DNA of 64,000 bases from Kiritimatiellia bacterium (GCA_017447805.1 JAFSMR010000032.1:84803-148802); one strand, 5' to 3'; counted from the stretch's first letter, positions 10,588-20,560 are shown. A program made the numbers and translations. Notes: generated by a model from the letters alone, not told the origin.

Positions 10588-11603
10588 ATCAAATCGTTCC
10601 TATATAGCGCCCTGACCGCATCGCAATCTAGCGTGTGGCCGGCGCGGTAACTTACGATTGTCCCGGCGAAGCGATCATGTGAAGTAAGCGCGAAGGCCGC
10701 CATTAAATCGAGCGTCGCGCGATGCCAGACGGGTTCGAGGAATTTTTCGCCTACTTTGAATCGCGGCTCGGTATGATAGCGCTTCTTGCCGTGGATTAAA
10801 ATATTGCGCTCGTTATACCCTAGGTTTCGCGTCGCGGCGAAAAGTTTACCTACGGTCTTGGCCAATATATACTGCTTATAGGTCGCGTTAGTTCGCGCGT
10901 AGGAAGCATAGCGGAAGGTTTCGGGCGTTACATCGAATAATAACCTTTCCTTGCCGATAATCGAATTCCACGAAATTGCGCAATCTATCCTTAGGCGCTT
11001 ATCACCCTTCTCCGCCGGGAGAACCAATAGAAAATCACCTCTCGTCCCTCCGAAAGCGACCGGCTCCTTTACCGTCACCCAGCTCGCATCGGCCCCTGTT
11101 TCCACTATCTTGCCGTGTTCCACGGCTTTGACTAGCGGCAGGGACGATTGGTCGAATAGCGGAGGGTCGCCGCTGTTTACTTTTAGCACGACATCATCAA
11201 GCCCCATTCCGAGCTTTAGCGCGATTATATGCTCTACCATTCTCAAGTAGTTATGAGGAGAGCCGGAACGCAATACGAGATTTTGCGCGCTAGTCCACAA
11301 ATTCGAAATATCCACCTTCGTATCAAGCTCGCGAGGTTGGTCCATGCGCCTAATCCACCACCCTGGGCGTGTACTCGGCGCGAAGGTAATCGTCTGCTTG
11401 GCGCTACCCTGGAACGTGCCGACGCCAGCGACCGGCGCCTCGCCTTCAAGTGTCGTGCGCTTAAGCGAATATCGGTACGCGCCGCTTTCATCAAGCCGCT
11501 TTTCGTCAATCTCTATCTGACGAAACTGCTCGTAGGCCGCTGTAATCGCGGCCTCTTCACCAAATACAATTCGCCCTATTCGATAGTCTAGAGTCTCTGA
11601 CAT
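10575..11603 (-). CDS. lpxC: UDP-3-O-acyl-GlcNAc deacetylase-like protein (LpxC family, divergent, ~47-aa N-terminal extension)
   Basis: MVEHIIALKLGMGLDD resembles LpxC TVEHLLSAL. WHRATLDL resembles HKxLDL. RAGHTLDCDAVRAL resembles SGHALNNKLLRAL. This is motif recall only. Confidence 0.6.
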   Translation of the reverse strand: MSETLDYRIGRIVFGEEAAITAAYEQFRQIEIDEKRLDESGAYRYSLKRTTLEGEAPVAGVGTFQGSAKQTITFAPSTRPGWWIRRMDQPRELDTKVDISNLWTSAQNLVLRSGSPHNYLRMVEHIIALKLGMGLDDVVLKVNSGDPPLFDQSSLPLVKAVEHGKIVETGADASWVTVKEPVAFGGTRGDFLLVLPAEKGDKRLRIDCAISWNSIIGKERLLFDVTPETFRYASYARTNATYKQYILAKTVGKLFAATRNLGYNERNILIHGKKRYHTEPRFKVGEKFLEPVWHRATLDLMAAFALTSHDRFAGTIVSYRAGHTLDCDAVRALYRNDLICSI

Positions 11604-11691
11604 GATTGTGATATTATATCATTTTTTGCTCATGCTGTGGGCGGATATTTTGCAAAATTTGCATTTCCTAATAGATATTAGACAAAAAAAA

Positions 11692-11700
11692 TGGTATAAT
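11692..11700 (+). promoter_or_regulatory. extended -10 promoter element (TGGTATAAT) for gpmI
   Basis: TGGTATAAT is preceded by an A-tract. It ends 10 nt before the ATG at 11711, and no SD lies in between. Confidence 0.4.
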
Positions 11701-11710
11701 AGGCGGCACT

Positions 11711-13297
11711 ATGAGACCAGTAGCACTTATTATTCGTGATGGCTGGGGCGTCAACCCCCGTGCCGACGGCAACTCCGTCTATGGAGCCAAAACCCCCGTT
11801 ATCGACCAAATTCGCGCAAGATTCCCGCACTGCCTGCTGGATTGCTGCGGCGAAGCTGTAGGATTGCCCGATGGCTATCAAGGCTCTAGCGAAGTAGGCC
11901 ATCTGAATATGGGAGCTGGCCGTATTGTTATTCAGGAACTAAAGAGAATTGATGATGGTCTTTCCTCTGGAGAACTCTTTAAGAGCGAAAAATGGGCAAA
12001 TTTAATCAAAAATTGGAAAGATAACAATTCTCAATTCCATTTCTTCGGACTTCTTCAAGACGAAGGCGTTCACGCTCACCAAGAGCACCTCTTTAAGCTG
12101 ATCAAGCGCGCAAGAAGCGAATTCCCCGAAGGCAAAATCGTCGTTCACCCATTCTTGGATGGACGCGATACCCCTCCGCGCTCGACCCTAGAATATATCG
12201 CACGATTGAAAACCGAGCTCGCATCAGTCGGCAATGCTGTAATCGGGACAGCCATGGGTCGCTACTATGGCATGGACCGCGTGAAGAATTGGAAGCTGAC
12301 GAGCGAGGCTTATGAAGCGATCGTTAGCGCCAAGGGCAAGAGGGCCGCGAGCATCGAAGAGGCCGTAAAGCAAGAATACGATTCCGGCCTTACTCCCGAT
12401 GGTACGCCAATGACCGATGAATATATTCCTTGCTATATCATCGGCAATTATGACGGAGTAAAAGATGGCGATGTTATCATGCATACCAACTATCGCCAGG
12501 ACCGTGCGATCCAGCTCACTCAGGCTTTTGTATGCGATGATTACCCGGGCGAGCGCTCTTGTAGGCCGCGCGTTACATTCCTCGGCTTCACGCGTTACTG
12601 GGATGAATTCGAAGATTATCTCCTGGGCGCTATGGGCGCCGGCGGCGGTATGGATAACCTCCTTGGCGAAGTAGTAAGCCGCGCCGGCATTAAGCAGTTG
12701 CGCCTCGCGGAAACCCAGAAGTTCCGTCATGTGACAAGCTTCTTCAACGGTAAATCCACTACCCCATCGGAAGGTGAGGACCAAGTCGAAGTAAAATCGC
12801 GCTTCGACCCGGCTACATTCGCTTCTCACCCGGAAATGGATGCCTATAATGTAACTGACGAGCTTCTCAAGCGCCTCGAGAATAATCCCTACGGCCTAAT
12901 CGTAGTCAACTATGCAAACTGCGATATGGTCGGCCACACGGGCGATGAAGCAGCCGCGACAAAGGCCGTGGAAGTAACCGATGAATGCATCGGCAAAATC
13001 CTCCCGCGCCTCCTGGAACTCGATGCGCATATCCTCATCTTCGCAGATCACGGCAATGCCGAGCAGATGGTCGATTATAAATCTGGCTTGACAAAAACTT
13101 CGCATACCTTGAATCTGGTAGATTGCTTCTATGTAGCGAACGATGCCGCGGGCGTGCGCTTGACGCCGCTAGCTAAGCTTTCCGCTATCGCGCCGACCGC
13201 GCTTCAGATGCTAGGCCTGCCGATTCCGAGCGAAATGACTACCCCATCGCTCCTCGCAGGCAAAGAACCCTGGTCAAAGACGACGCTCGCTATTTGA
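11711..13297 (+). CDS. gpmI: 2,3-bisphosphoglycerate-independent phosphoglycerate mutase
   Basis: 528-aa ORF with the MRPVALIIRDGWG N-terminus, SSEVGHLNMGAGR and ADHGNAE motifs. Confidence 0.95.
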   Translation: MRPVALIIRDGWGVNPRADGNSVYGAKTPVIDQIRARFPHCLLDCCGEAVGLPDGYQGSSEVGHLNMGAGRIVIQELKRIDDGLSSGELFKSEKWANLIKNWKDNNSQFHFFGLLQDEGVHAHQEHLFKLIKRARSEFPEGKIVVHPFLDGRDTPPRSTLEYIARLKTELASVGNAVIGTAMGRYYGMDRVKNWKLTSEAYEAIVSAKGKRAASIEEAVKQEYDSGLTPDGTPMTDEYIPCYIIGNYDGVKDGDVIMHTNYRQDRAIQLTQAFVCDDYPGERSCRPRVTFLGFTRYWDEFEDYLLGAMGAGGGMDNLLGEVVSRAGIKQLRLAETQKFRHVTSFFNGKSTTPSEGEDQVEVKSRFDPATFASHPEMDAYNVTDELLKRLENNPYGLIVVNYANCDMVGHTGDEAAATKAVEVTDECIGKILPRLLELDAHILIFADHGNAEQMVDYKSGLTKTSHTLNLVDCFYVANDAAGVRLTPLAKLSAIAPTALQMLGLPIPSEMTTPSLLAGKEPWSKTTLAI

Positions 13298-13313
13298 TTC
13301 AAGGTTGAAGGTT

Positions 13314-13449
13314 GGTAGGGCTCATCGCCTCGCGACCGCCCTACCGCTGAACGCGGCTTTAGCCGCCCTGAACATCTGAACGCGGCGAAGCCGCCCTGAA
13401 CAACTGAACGCGGCTTTAGCCGCCCTGAACGCGGCCGCGAAGCGGCCGC
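13314..13449. repeat. train of GC hairpins separated by CTGAAC words (probable bidirectional terminator/insulator)
   Basis: GGTAGGGC...GCCCTACC hairpin, followed by CTGAAC-GCGGCTTTAGCCGC-CCTGAAC-AT-CTGAAC-GCGGCGAAGCCGCC-CTGAAC... It lies between the convergent gpmI and sigma-54 activator genes. Confidence 0.8.
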
Positions 13450-14967
13450 CTAAATTCCCAATTTGGTAATTTTGTAGTTCATCATCCGGGGCGAAACGCC
13501 AAGCTCTCTGCCGGCGGCCGAACGATTACCGTTATGACGCCTAAGCGCCTCTTTCAAGATTCTCGTCTCAAACGCCGCAAGCTGTGCTTCCAGGCTCATG
13601 TCGCCTTCGATGAACGGGTCTTCGGCAAATTCCGGCAATTGCAAAGATGGCGGCAGATTATATGAATGCAAGCAATCATCCTTCGCGGTAAGGACCGCCC
13701 TTTCGATGCAATTTTCAAGCTCTCTTACATTACCCGGCCATTTGTATGAAAGCAGCATATTGATCGCCGGCGGAGAAATCCTCTTGACCGATTTTGAATA
13801 TTTCTCGTTCATTTTCGCGATAAAATGCTCCGCGAGCATTACGATATCGCTTTCGCGATCGGCGAGATTCGGCATGGTGATTGGAAATACGCAAAGCCTG
13901 TAATAGAGGTCTTCCCTAAACAGCTTCTTGGCCATGAGATCTTCGAGATTGCGTGAAGTCGCCGCGATGAAGCGGACATCCGAATGCAACTCTTCGTTCG
14001 ACCCGACTCGCGAAAACGAGCGCTCTTGCAAAAATCTCAATAGCTTTGTTTGTATAGGGATAGGCAGGTCTCCTATTTCATCAAGGAAAAGCGTCCCGCC
14101 ATCTGCAGCCTCGGCGCGTCCTATCCGGCGCGAGAAAGCATCGGTAAACGCGCCTTTTTCATGACCGAACAACTCTGATTCGACTAGATTTTCCGGTAGC
14201 GCCGCGCAATTCAGCGTAACAAAAGGTTTATCTTTTCTCAGACTCGCGCGCTGGATGGCGCGCGCTACGAGTTCTTTGCCGGTTCCAGATGCTCCGCGAA
14301 TCAGAACTGTAGCTTCGGATGGCGCGACCTGGCGAATTTGCTCATAGACCGCGCGAATCTGCCGGCAATTGCCAATCATTTCGCCATTGGTGCCATCGAG
14401 AATTTCCCTAAGCCGACGGTTTTCGCCCAAGAGCGCATCGCGCTCTTCACATTGTTCGCGGCAAACTGCCGCAGCATCGGCGGTAATATTGGCAATGATT
14501 TCCAAAAACGCGACATCTTGCTCAAGGGGTGTAGCTATGGATTTTTCATCATCCAGCTTTCGGTCGACCGATAAGGTCCCGATTACCTGCGAATGGTGAA
14601 TAAGCGGAACGCAAATAAACGAAATCGCCTCATTTGCCGCTCGCGCGCCGGTCTTGTTCAAAAATCTCGAATCTTTGCGTATATCGCGAACGACCTCGGC
14701 GCGCCCCGTGCGCGCGACTGCCCCGGTTATTCCTTCGCCAATCCGATAGCGTCCAAGCGAGCGCTCTTCGCTGGTTAGTTCATCGCTCGAAGCTTCGATT
14801 CTCAATTCGTCGTTTTCGAGCAAAGTAAATGTTCCTCGAAGCATTCCCAGGCGCTCATGAAGAATATTCAGCACTGTTTCCAACTGCGAACGGACGTTGC
14901 GCTCATTGACGAGCGCACGACTGATTTCCTGAAGAACGGGTATTTCTCGGGGCAGTTTAGCCTTCAT
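13450..14967 (-). CDS. sigma-54-dependent transcriptional activator (GAF - AAA+ - Fis-type HTH)
   Basis: Walker A GASGTGKE, an ESELFGHEKGAFTDA loop (a variant of GAFTGA), and a C-terminal NRSAAGRELGVSPRMMNYKI HTH. The N-terminus is GAF-like. Confidence 0.85.
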   Translation of the reverse strand: MKAKLPREIPVLQEISRALVNERNVRSQLETVLNILHERLGMLRGTFTLLENDELRIEASSDELTSEERSLGRYRIGEGITGAVARTGRAEVVRDIRKDSRFLNKTGARAANEAISFICVPLIHHSQVIGTLSVDRKLDDEKSIATPLEQDVAFLEIIANITADAAAVCREQCEERDALLGENRRLREILDGTNGEMIGNCRQIRAVYEQIRQVAPSEATVLIRGASGTGKELVARAIQRASLRKDKPFVTLNCAALPENLVESELFGHEKGAFTDAFSRRIGRAEAADGGTLFLDEIGDLPIPIQTKLLRFLQERSFSRVGSNEELHSDVRFIAATSRNLEDLMAKKLFREDLYYRLCVFPITMPNLADRESDIVMLAEHFIAKMNEKYSKSVKRISPPAINMLLSYKWPGNVRELENCIERAVLTAKDDCLHSYNLPPSLQLPEFAEDPFIEGDMSLEAQLAAFETRILKEALRRHNGNRSAAGRELGVSPRMMNYKITKLGI

Positions 14968-15089
14968 GGGGCAGATATTATATACTTTTTGACCGCCCTA
15001 ATCAAGTAGGAAAAAATAAAAACCTTCGATTCCCAGAGCAAAAGCCAGAACCCAATTTTAGGCCCACTATTGCGCAAAAGAGCGAAAAA

Positions 15090-15098
15090 TGATATAAT
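15090..15098 (+). promoter_or_regulatory. extended -10 element (TGATATAAT) upstream of the GT9 gene
   Basis: Has the same GAAAA-TGnTATAAT pattern as other candidate promoters in this window. The ATG at 15114 is only 15 nt downstream. Confidence 0.35.
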
Positions 15099-15113
15099 GT
15101 GCGGCGTATTATT

Positions 15114-16058
15114 ATGTGTAAAAGCAAGGTACTCGTGATAAAACATGGGGCGCTCGGCGATTTCGTCAATTCGCTGCGTGTCATGTCTGCGCTCAAAAAA
15201 CGCCATCCTGATTCCTGTTTTGTATTGATTACTCAATCTTTTCTGAAGAAATTGGCCGAGAAAACAGGCTTTTTCGATGAAATAGTAATAGATAACAGAA
15301 CCTATTCGCCCAAGGATTGGTGGCGGGTAGTAAAGAAGACTTTGGCGGATATTCCTTATGAATACATCTACGATCTTCAAACGAACAACCGAACCCTAAA
15401 GCGCTACGCGCCGCTGGCGAGATTCGCGACGCGCAACGAGATGAAGTGGGCGGTAAGAGTAGAAGGCGGTTTCGATGTATATTCTACGCCGGCAAAACGC
15501 GCTTTTAGTTACAAAAGACCGAAGCTTGAGCACATTACGCTCGAGCTCGAGGCGCCAGATTTATCTTTCATTCACGGCGAAGGCAAATTCTTCCATCTTT
15601 TGCCAGAAAGGTATGCTCTCTTGATTCCCGGATGCTCGGCGAACAATCGTCAAAAGCGCTGGCCGCCCGCGCGTTATAGGGAACTTTCGCTTTGGCTGGG
15701 CGCCAAAGGAATAAAATCCGTCGTCCTTGGAACAAACTCGGAATCTGCAGAGATTGGCGCAATTACCAAGGATAACCCAAACGCGGTGGATTTCATGGGC
15801 AAGAGCGAGATTGCGGATATTCCCGATATCGCCTCTCGCGCGCTTGTTATAATCGGCAATGATACCGGCCCGACCCATATTGCTCGCAGGGTAAATACTC
15901 CATCGGTAATTTGTTTCACCGAATTCGACGCCTCGCGCGCAGCGCCAAAAGGCGATAAATTGGTAACAAGCCTGGTCGGCAAAAAGATTGAAGATATACA
16001 ACTCGAAGAAGTAAAGCGCGCAGTAGCCGCGGCACTAGGAGAAAGAGAAAATGGATAA
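15114..16058 (+). CDS. glycosyltransferase family 9 (LPS heptosyltransferase-like)
   Basis: MCKSKVLVIKHGALGDFV N-terminus and a GNDTGPTHIA motif are typical of GT9. The ORF-track start at 15099 is a GTG immediately after the -10 box, so the ATG at 15114 is preferred. Confidence 0.8.
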   Translation: MCKSKVLVIKHGALGDFVNSLRVMSALKKRHPDSCFVLITQSFLKKLAEKTGFFDEIVIDNRTYSPKDWWRVVKKTLADIPYEYIYDLQTNNRTLKRYAPLARFATRNEMKWAVRVEGGFDVYSTPAKRAFSYKRPKLEHITLELEAPDLSFIHGEGKFFHLLPERYALLIPGCSANNRQKRWPPARYRELSLWLGAKGIKSVVLGTNSESAEIGAITKDNPNAVDFMGKSEIADIPDIASRALVIIGNDTGPTHIARRVNTPSVICFTEFDASRAAPKGDKLVTSLVGKKIEDIQLEEVKRAVAAALGERENG

Positions 16059-17520
16059 GACCGAAAAAATCGTCGCCTCTTTCAAAAATGCAAAGATTCT
16101 CTGCATCGGCGATTTGATGCTGGATAGGTTCGTCAAAGGTGAAGTCGAAAGAATTTCCCCCGAAGCGCCCGTGCCGGTATTCAGATGGGTAGGCGAAAAG
16201 GAGGTCCTCGGCGGCGCCGGCAATGTAGCCGCGAATCTGCGCGCGCTCGGCGTTGGCGTAAAGCTGATCGGGCGCATCGGCCGCGACCAGGAAGGCGAGA
16301 AACTTAAAGGCATGTTTTCTTCCCTGGGAATCGAAACGCGCCTCGTAGTTTCCGATCGCATCCCGACTATCGTCAAGACGCGCTTCATAAGCAAAAACAA
16401 CCATATCCTGAGGATGGATCAAGAGCTCGTCGAAGAGCTTTGCGGCGATGAAAAATCTATCGCAATTCGCGAAACGGAAAACGCGCTCAAGGAAGCAGAC
16501 CTCGTAATCGTTTCCGATTACGCGAAAGGATTTCTTTCGAAAACCCTGCTCGCGAAAATCATGGCGATGAGCGCGGCGGCCGGCAAAAAAGTTTTCGTCG
16601 ACCCCAAAGGACAAGGCTGGAAAAAATATTCCGGCGCGACGCTAGTCAAGCCGAACCGCAAAGAGCTGAAAGAAGAAACAGCCGCAAATCTTTCCGCCGA
16701 CGACCCGAAGCTTATCGAAAACACTCTCGAGGCCGCCCGCGCTATGCTTAAGACGACTCTCATAAAAGAAGCCGTGGTGACGCTTTCGGAAAAAGGCATG
16801 GTGTATATTCCGCTCGAAGGCGAAAGCCTGTATTTGCCTACAGAAGGACGCGAGGTCTACGATGTAAGCGGCGCGGGCGATACGACTATCGCAGTTCTCG
16901 CGGCCGCATCGGCCGTCGGCGCGAGCATGAAGGATGCAATGAACCTCGCGAATATCGCCGCGGGCGTCGTAGTCGGCAAACTCGGAACTTCTACCGTAAC
17001 GCCTCAGGAACTTTTGATGGCGCTCAAACGAAAGCTAGACCCCATGCCCTTCGCGAGAAAAATCTATTCTCTCGAAGCATTGAAACAAGAAGTCGTCGCT
17101 TGGCAAGCGAAAGGCGAAAAGGTCGGCTTTACGAATGGTTGCTTCGATTGTTTGCATTCCGGCCATCTGTTTTCGCTATATCAAGCGAAGGAACATTGCG
17201 ATAGATTGGTCGTTGCGGTGAATAGCGATTCTTCCGTTCGTCGTCTAAAAGGACCGACTAGGCCCATACAAGACGAAAAGACGCGCAGCCTTGTTCTCGC
17301 GGGATTGGAAGCCGTCGATGCAGTAGTCGTTTTCGAAGAAGATACTGCGCTTGGAGTAGTTGAAGCGCTAAGGCCGGATGTAATCGCAAAGGAAGGTTAT
17401 GCGATCGAAAACTGGCCAGAGGCGCAAGTCGTTGCAGCCTACGGCGGTAAAGCCATTACCCTAAAACGGCTTGAGGGCTATTCGACGTCAAACATGGTCA
17501 AAAAAATCGCACAAGCATGA
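16051..17520 (+). CDS. hldE: bifunctional D-beta-D-heptose 7-phosphate kinase / heptose 1-phosphate adenylyltransferase
   Basis: 489 aa. The N-terminal half is a ribokinase-like domain (DVSGAGDT). The C-terminal half is cytidylyltransferase-like (FTNGCFDCLHSGH). Confidence 0.9.
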   Translation: MDKTEKIVASFKNAKILCIGDLMLDRFVKGEVERISPEAPVPVFRWVGEKEVLGGAGNVAANLRALGVGVKLIGRIGRDQEGEKLKGMFSSLGIETRLVVSDRIPTIVKTRFISKNNHILRMDQELVEELCGDEKSIAIRETENALKEADLVIVSDYAKGFLSKTLLAKIMAMSAAAGKKVFVDPKGQGWKKYSGATLVKPNRKELKEETAANLSADDPKLIENTLEAARAMLKTTLIKEAVVTLSEKGMVYIPLEGESLYLPTEGREVYDVSGAGDTTIAVLAAASAVGASMKDAMNLANIAAGVVVGKLGTSTVTPQELLMALKRKLDPMPFARKIYSLEALKQEVVAWQAKGEKVGFTNGCFDCLHSGHLFSLYQAKEHCDRLVVAVNSDSSVRRLKGPTRPIQDEKTRSLVLAGLEAVDAVVVFEEDTALGVVEALRPDVIAKEGYAIENWPEAQVVAAYGGKAITLKRLEGYSTSNMVKKIAQA

Positions 17521-18053
17521 TCAAGGCGCTTTTTCTCGATCGCGACGGCACGATAAACATAGATACCGGCTATGTTTACAAGAAGGAAGATTTTGAATTC
17601 CTCGATGGAATTTTCGAATTCGCCCTCGCCGCACAGGAAAAAGGCTACGCGCTAATAGTTGCGAGCAATCAATCCGGCGTCGCCAGAGGCTTCTACTCCC
17701 TGGAAGAAATGAATTTGTGCAACGCATATATGAAAGAGGAATTTGCCAAGCACAATATCGATATACTCGATATTTTCTGCGCAACCGCGCTCGATGAAAA
17801 CGACCCGGACCGCAAACCCAATCCCGGCATGTTCCTGAAAGCAATCGCGAAATACGATATCGACCCCAATAGCTCGATATCGATTGGCGATAGCCTGCGC
17901 GATCTCTTGGCCTCGAAACGTGCCGGTATCGAAAATACTATTCTACTTGAAAACACAAAGCCGCAAAAACCTCTGAATGAAAACGAATTCGGCTCTTCAT
18001 TAGTATCTGCAAAAGCGGCGAATCTTCGCGAAGCGATCAAATTTCTTGATTAA
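17517..18053 (+). CDS. gmhB: D-glycero-D-manno-heptose 1,7-bisphosphate phosphatase (HAD family)
   Basis: FLDRDGTIN, SNQSGVARG and KPNPGM motifs. It has an ATGA overlap with hldE. Confidence 0.85.
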   Translation: MIKALFLDRDGTINIDTGYVYKKEDFEFLDGIFEFALAAQEKGYALIVASNQSGVARGFYSLEEMNLCNAYMKEEFAKHNIDILDIFCATALDENDPDRKPNPGMFLKAIAKYDIDPNSSISIGDSLRDLLASKRAGIENTILLENTKPQKPLNENEFGSSLVSAKAANLREAIKFLD

Positions 18054-18065
18054 GGAGAATTTTTA

Positions 18066-19655
18066 ATGAAAGAACTTGCTCTTCCACTAGCGTATCTTGC
18101 CTTAGTAGCCTATATACCTGTAATATACGCCTCTGCAAAAGCTGCCGCCGGCGGCAGATGGAAAAATCTGACTTTCGCGCGCGCTGTCGGCAAGGATCTC
18201 TTAAGGACCTTCCCGATGGTCGCTTTGATTTGGATTCCTCTTTTCGCGTTTCCGGAAGCGGCAAAATGGTATACGCTTCTCATGCATATTCTTTTTGCGC
18301 CAATGCTTATTCTCGAAATTGCGCACATCCGGCAATTTGGCGCGCGCGTCGGCATAAACACATTCTATTCTCTCTTCGCGACTAACGCGCAGGAGTTCAA
18401 GGAATACTGCCGCCAAATCGTCACGTTCTGGAATTGGGTTGCCGTTGGCGCTATATTCCTCGTTCCTATCGCGCTAATTGCGATATTCGTTCAATGCGCA
18501 TATCTAGAACCCAAGATGCGCGCGATTTGCACGCTCGCTTCATTCATCGCCTTCCTGCCCTTCCCGCGGAATTTGACGAAAAAAGGCGCGCGTTTCAAAA
18601 TCGGCTATATCCTCAACCCCTATTCGAGTTTTATCTATCATTATTTCCAATTCAAGAAATCCTACTCGGCGCTCGCTAAAATGATTGCCGAACACACCGC
18701 GCCGCCCTTCGCAAAAATCTATTCTTCGGCAAATGAAGATGAAGAAGAAACTTATATTATCGCAATCGGCGAAAGCGCTTCCTCCTTGCACCACTCTTAC
18801 TGCGGCTATCCTAGAGATACGAATTTCTTCACCGATAAAATCGCCTCAGAATTGATTCGCGTAAAAGGCGTGCGCTCGCCATTCGCACAAACTCTGCCGG
18901 TGCTCGAAAAAGTCCTCACTTTCGCCACGCGCAAAGAACCCGACCGCCTTTGGAGCCAAGGCTCGATAATCGACTTCTTCAAAGAAGCCGGCTTCAAGAC
19001 CTTTTGGCTTTCGAATCAATACGCCCTCGATGATAACACGCCGCTTACGGCCATGACATCTCACGCCGACAAGCATAAGTGCCTTTGCTACTCCGACCTC
19101 AAGCGCTTCGAACGAAGCGTAGATGGCGCACTTCTCGATGAGCTAGCCAAAACCCTTAAGGATGGCGCGAAGAAAAAAGCAATCTTCCTTCACATGATCG
19201 GCTCGCATTCCGCCTATGTAAATCGCTATCCATCGGAATTTCTGCACTACTCCGGCAGCGTCCCCGGCAAAGAACATCTCGGCGCCGTCGAAACGCAAAT
19301 GATTAATACTTACGATGACTCTATCAGATATACCGACTGGGTCGTTTCGCAATTTATCGACTTGTTGCGTCCTCTTGCCGGCAGAGCTTACCTCCTCTAT
19401 TTCAGCGACCACGGCGAAGATATTTACGATTCTACCGATGATAAGGTCTTAGGACACTCCCAGCTCGCGAACGTGCCGATGACGAGCGTTCCATTTATGC
19501 TTTGGTTAAACGACACTCTAAAGAAGGCGCGGCCCGACATTCTAAATCGCAAGACTAAAGATGGCTATAACCTCGAAGATGTAATTCATACGATTATCGA
19601 TATTTCATCGCTCGAAAATATCGACTATATGAAATCGAGGAGTATTTTCGAATGA
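18066..19655 (+). CDS. phosphoethanolamine transferase (membrane-anchored sulfatase family, LPS/lipid A modification)
   Basis: Multi-TM N-terminus followed by a sulfatase-type domain (IGESASSLHHSYCGY, HMIGSHSAY, FSDHGE). Confidence 0.75.
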   Translation: MKELALPLAYLALVAYIPVIYASAKAAAGGRWKNLTFARAVGKDLLRTFPMVALIWIPLFAFPEAAKWYTLLMHILFAPMLILEIAHIRQFGARVGINTFYSLFATNAQEFKEYCRQIVTFWNWVAVGAIFLVPIALIAIFVQCAYLEPKMRAICTLASFIAFLPFPRNLTKKGARFKIGYILNPYSSFIYHYFQFKKSYSALAKMIAEHTAPPFAKIYSSANEDEEETYIIAIGESASSLHHSYCGYPRDTNFFTDKIASELIRVKGVRSPFAQTLPVLEKVLTFATRKEPDRLWSQGSIIDFFKEAGFKTFWLSNQYALDDNTPLTAMTSHADKHKCLCYSDLKRFERSVDGALLDELAKTLKDGAKKKAIFLHMIGSHSAYVNRYPSEFLHYSGSVPGKEHLGAVETQMINTYDDSIRYTDWVVSQFIDLLRPLAGRAYLLYFSDHGEDIYDSTDDKVLGHSQLANVPMTSVPFMLWLNDTLKKARPDILNRKTKDGYNLEDVIHTIIDISSLENIDYMKSRSIFE

Positions 19656-20560
19656 AAGTTTCGGTAATAGTTCCCGTCTTTAATACTTCGAAGTATCTTG
19701 CAAGATGCCTGGATTCGATTCTCTCGCAGACCCAAAAAGATTTCGAGCTCATAGCGATAAACGATGGGTCGAGCGATAATTCGGCCGAAATTCTTTCGCA
19801 ATATGCTTCGCGCGATTCGAGAATAATAATCGTTACCCAGCGCAATAAGGGACTTTCCGCCGCGCGGAACTCTGGTCTCAAAATCGCCCGAGGCGAATGG
19901 ATAATGTTCGTAGACTCAGATGATTTTATCCCTTGCGATGCAATCGAAAAATTCCTCCTCGCAGCCGATGAATCAAAAGAAAGCGTAGTTATCTCGAAAG
20001 AATATTTACTGGATGATGCGCCCGCGGCAAGAAGCGAAAAAGTGCAATGGAAACGGTGCGCGCCGGCGCTTAAGGAGTTGATAAAACTCAGAAAAGCGCA
20101 GTCTTCGGCGTGGAATAAATTCTATTCTGCCGCCCTTCTCAAGAATCGCCGGTTTATCGAAGGAATATATTTCGAAGATTGGCCTTTCAACCTCGAGCTG
20201 TTTGGCAACATCGAATCTTTCGCTCTTCTTGATGAAGAGATGTATGTATATTGCCGAAACCGCGATTCCAGCTCGATTTTGCGCTCCGCTTTCACTTTGA
20301 AGAAAGTCTCCAGCTATCTCGAAGGCATCCGCCGCTCGCTAGAGAAGTTTAGAAGACACCCCCAGCGCAAATATGCCTTGGCTAGAATTGCAACGGCAGT
20401 AAAAATGCTCGTCGCAAAAACTTGGAAGCAAGGCGACCAAGAAGCTCGCCAAGCGACAGTTCTAGGAGTAAATGCTTTAATCAAAGAAGGCTTGCTCCCA
20501 AAAAATTCTCTTACGCTTAAAACCCGCCTCCGCCTCTGGCTTCTATCCAAAACCCGCTAG
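19652..20560 (+). CDS. glycosyltransferase family 2
   Basis: VSVIVPVFNTSKYLARCLDSILSQT and FVDSDD motifs. It has an ATGA overlap with the upstream gene. Confidence 0.85.
   Translation: MKVSVIVPVFNTSKYLARCLDSILSQTQKDFELIAINDGSSDNSAEILSQYASRDSRIIIVTQRNKGLSAARNSGLKIARGEWIMFVDSDDFIPCDAIEKFLLAADESKESVVISKEYLLDDAPAARSEKVQWKRCAPALKELIKLRKAQSSAWNKFYSAALLKNRRFIEGIYFEDWPFNLELFGNIESFALLDEEMYVYCRNRDSSSILRSAFTLKKVSSYLEGIRRSLEKFRRHPQRKYALARIATAVKMLVAKTWKQGDQEARQATVLGVNALIKEGLLPKNSLTLKTRLRLWLLSKTR

Noticed and set aside
15916-16614. 232-aa minus-strand ORF
   Set aside because: It is antisense to hldE, which has clear kinase motifs, and it has no features of its own.
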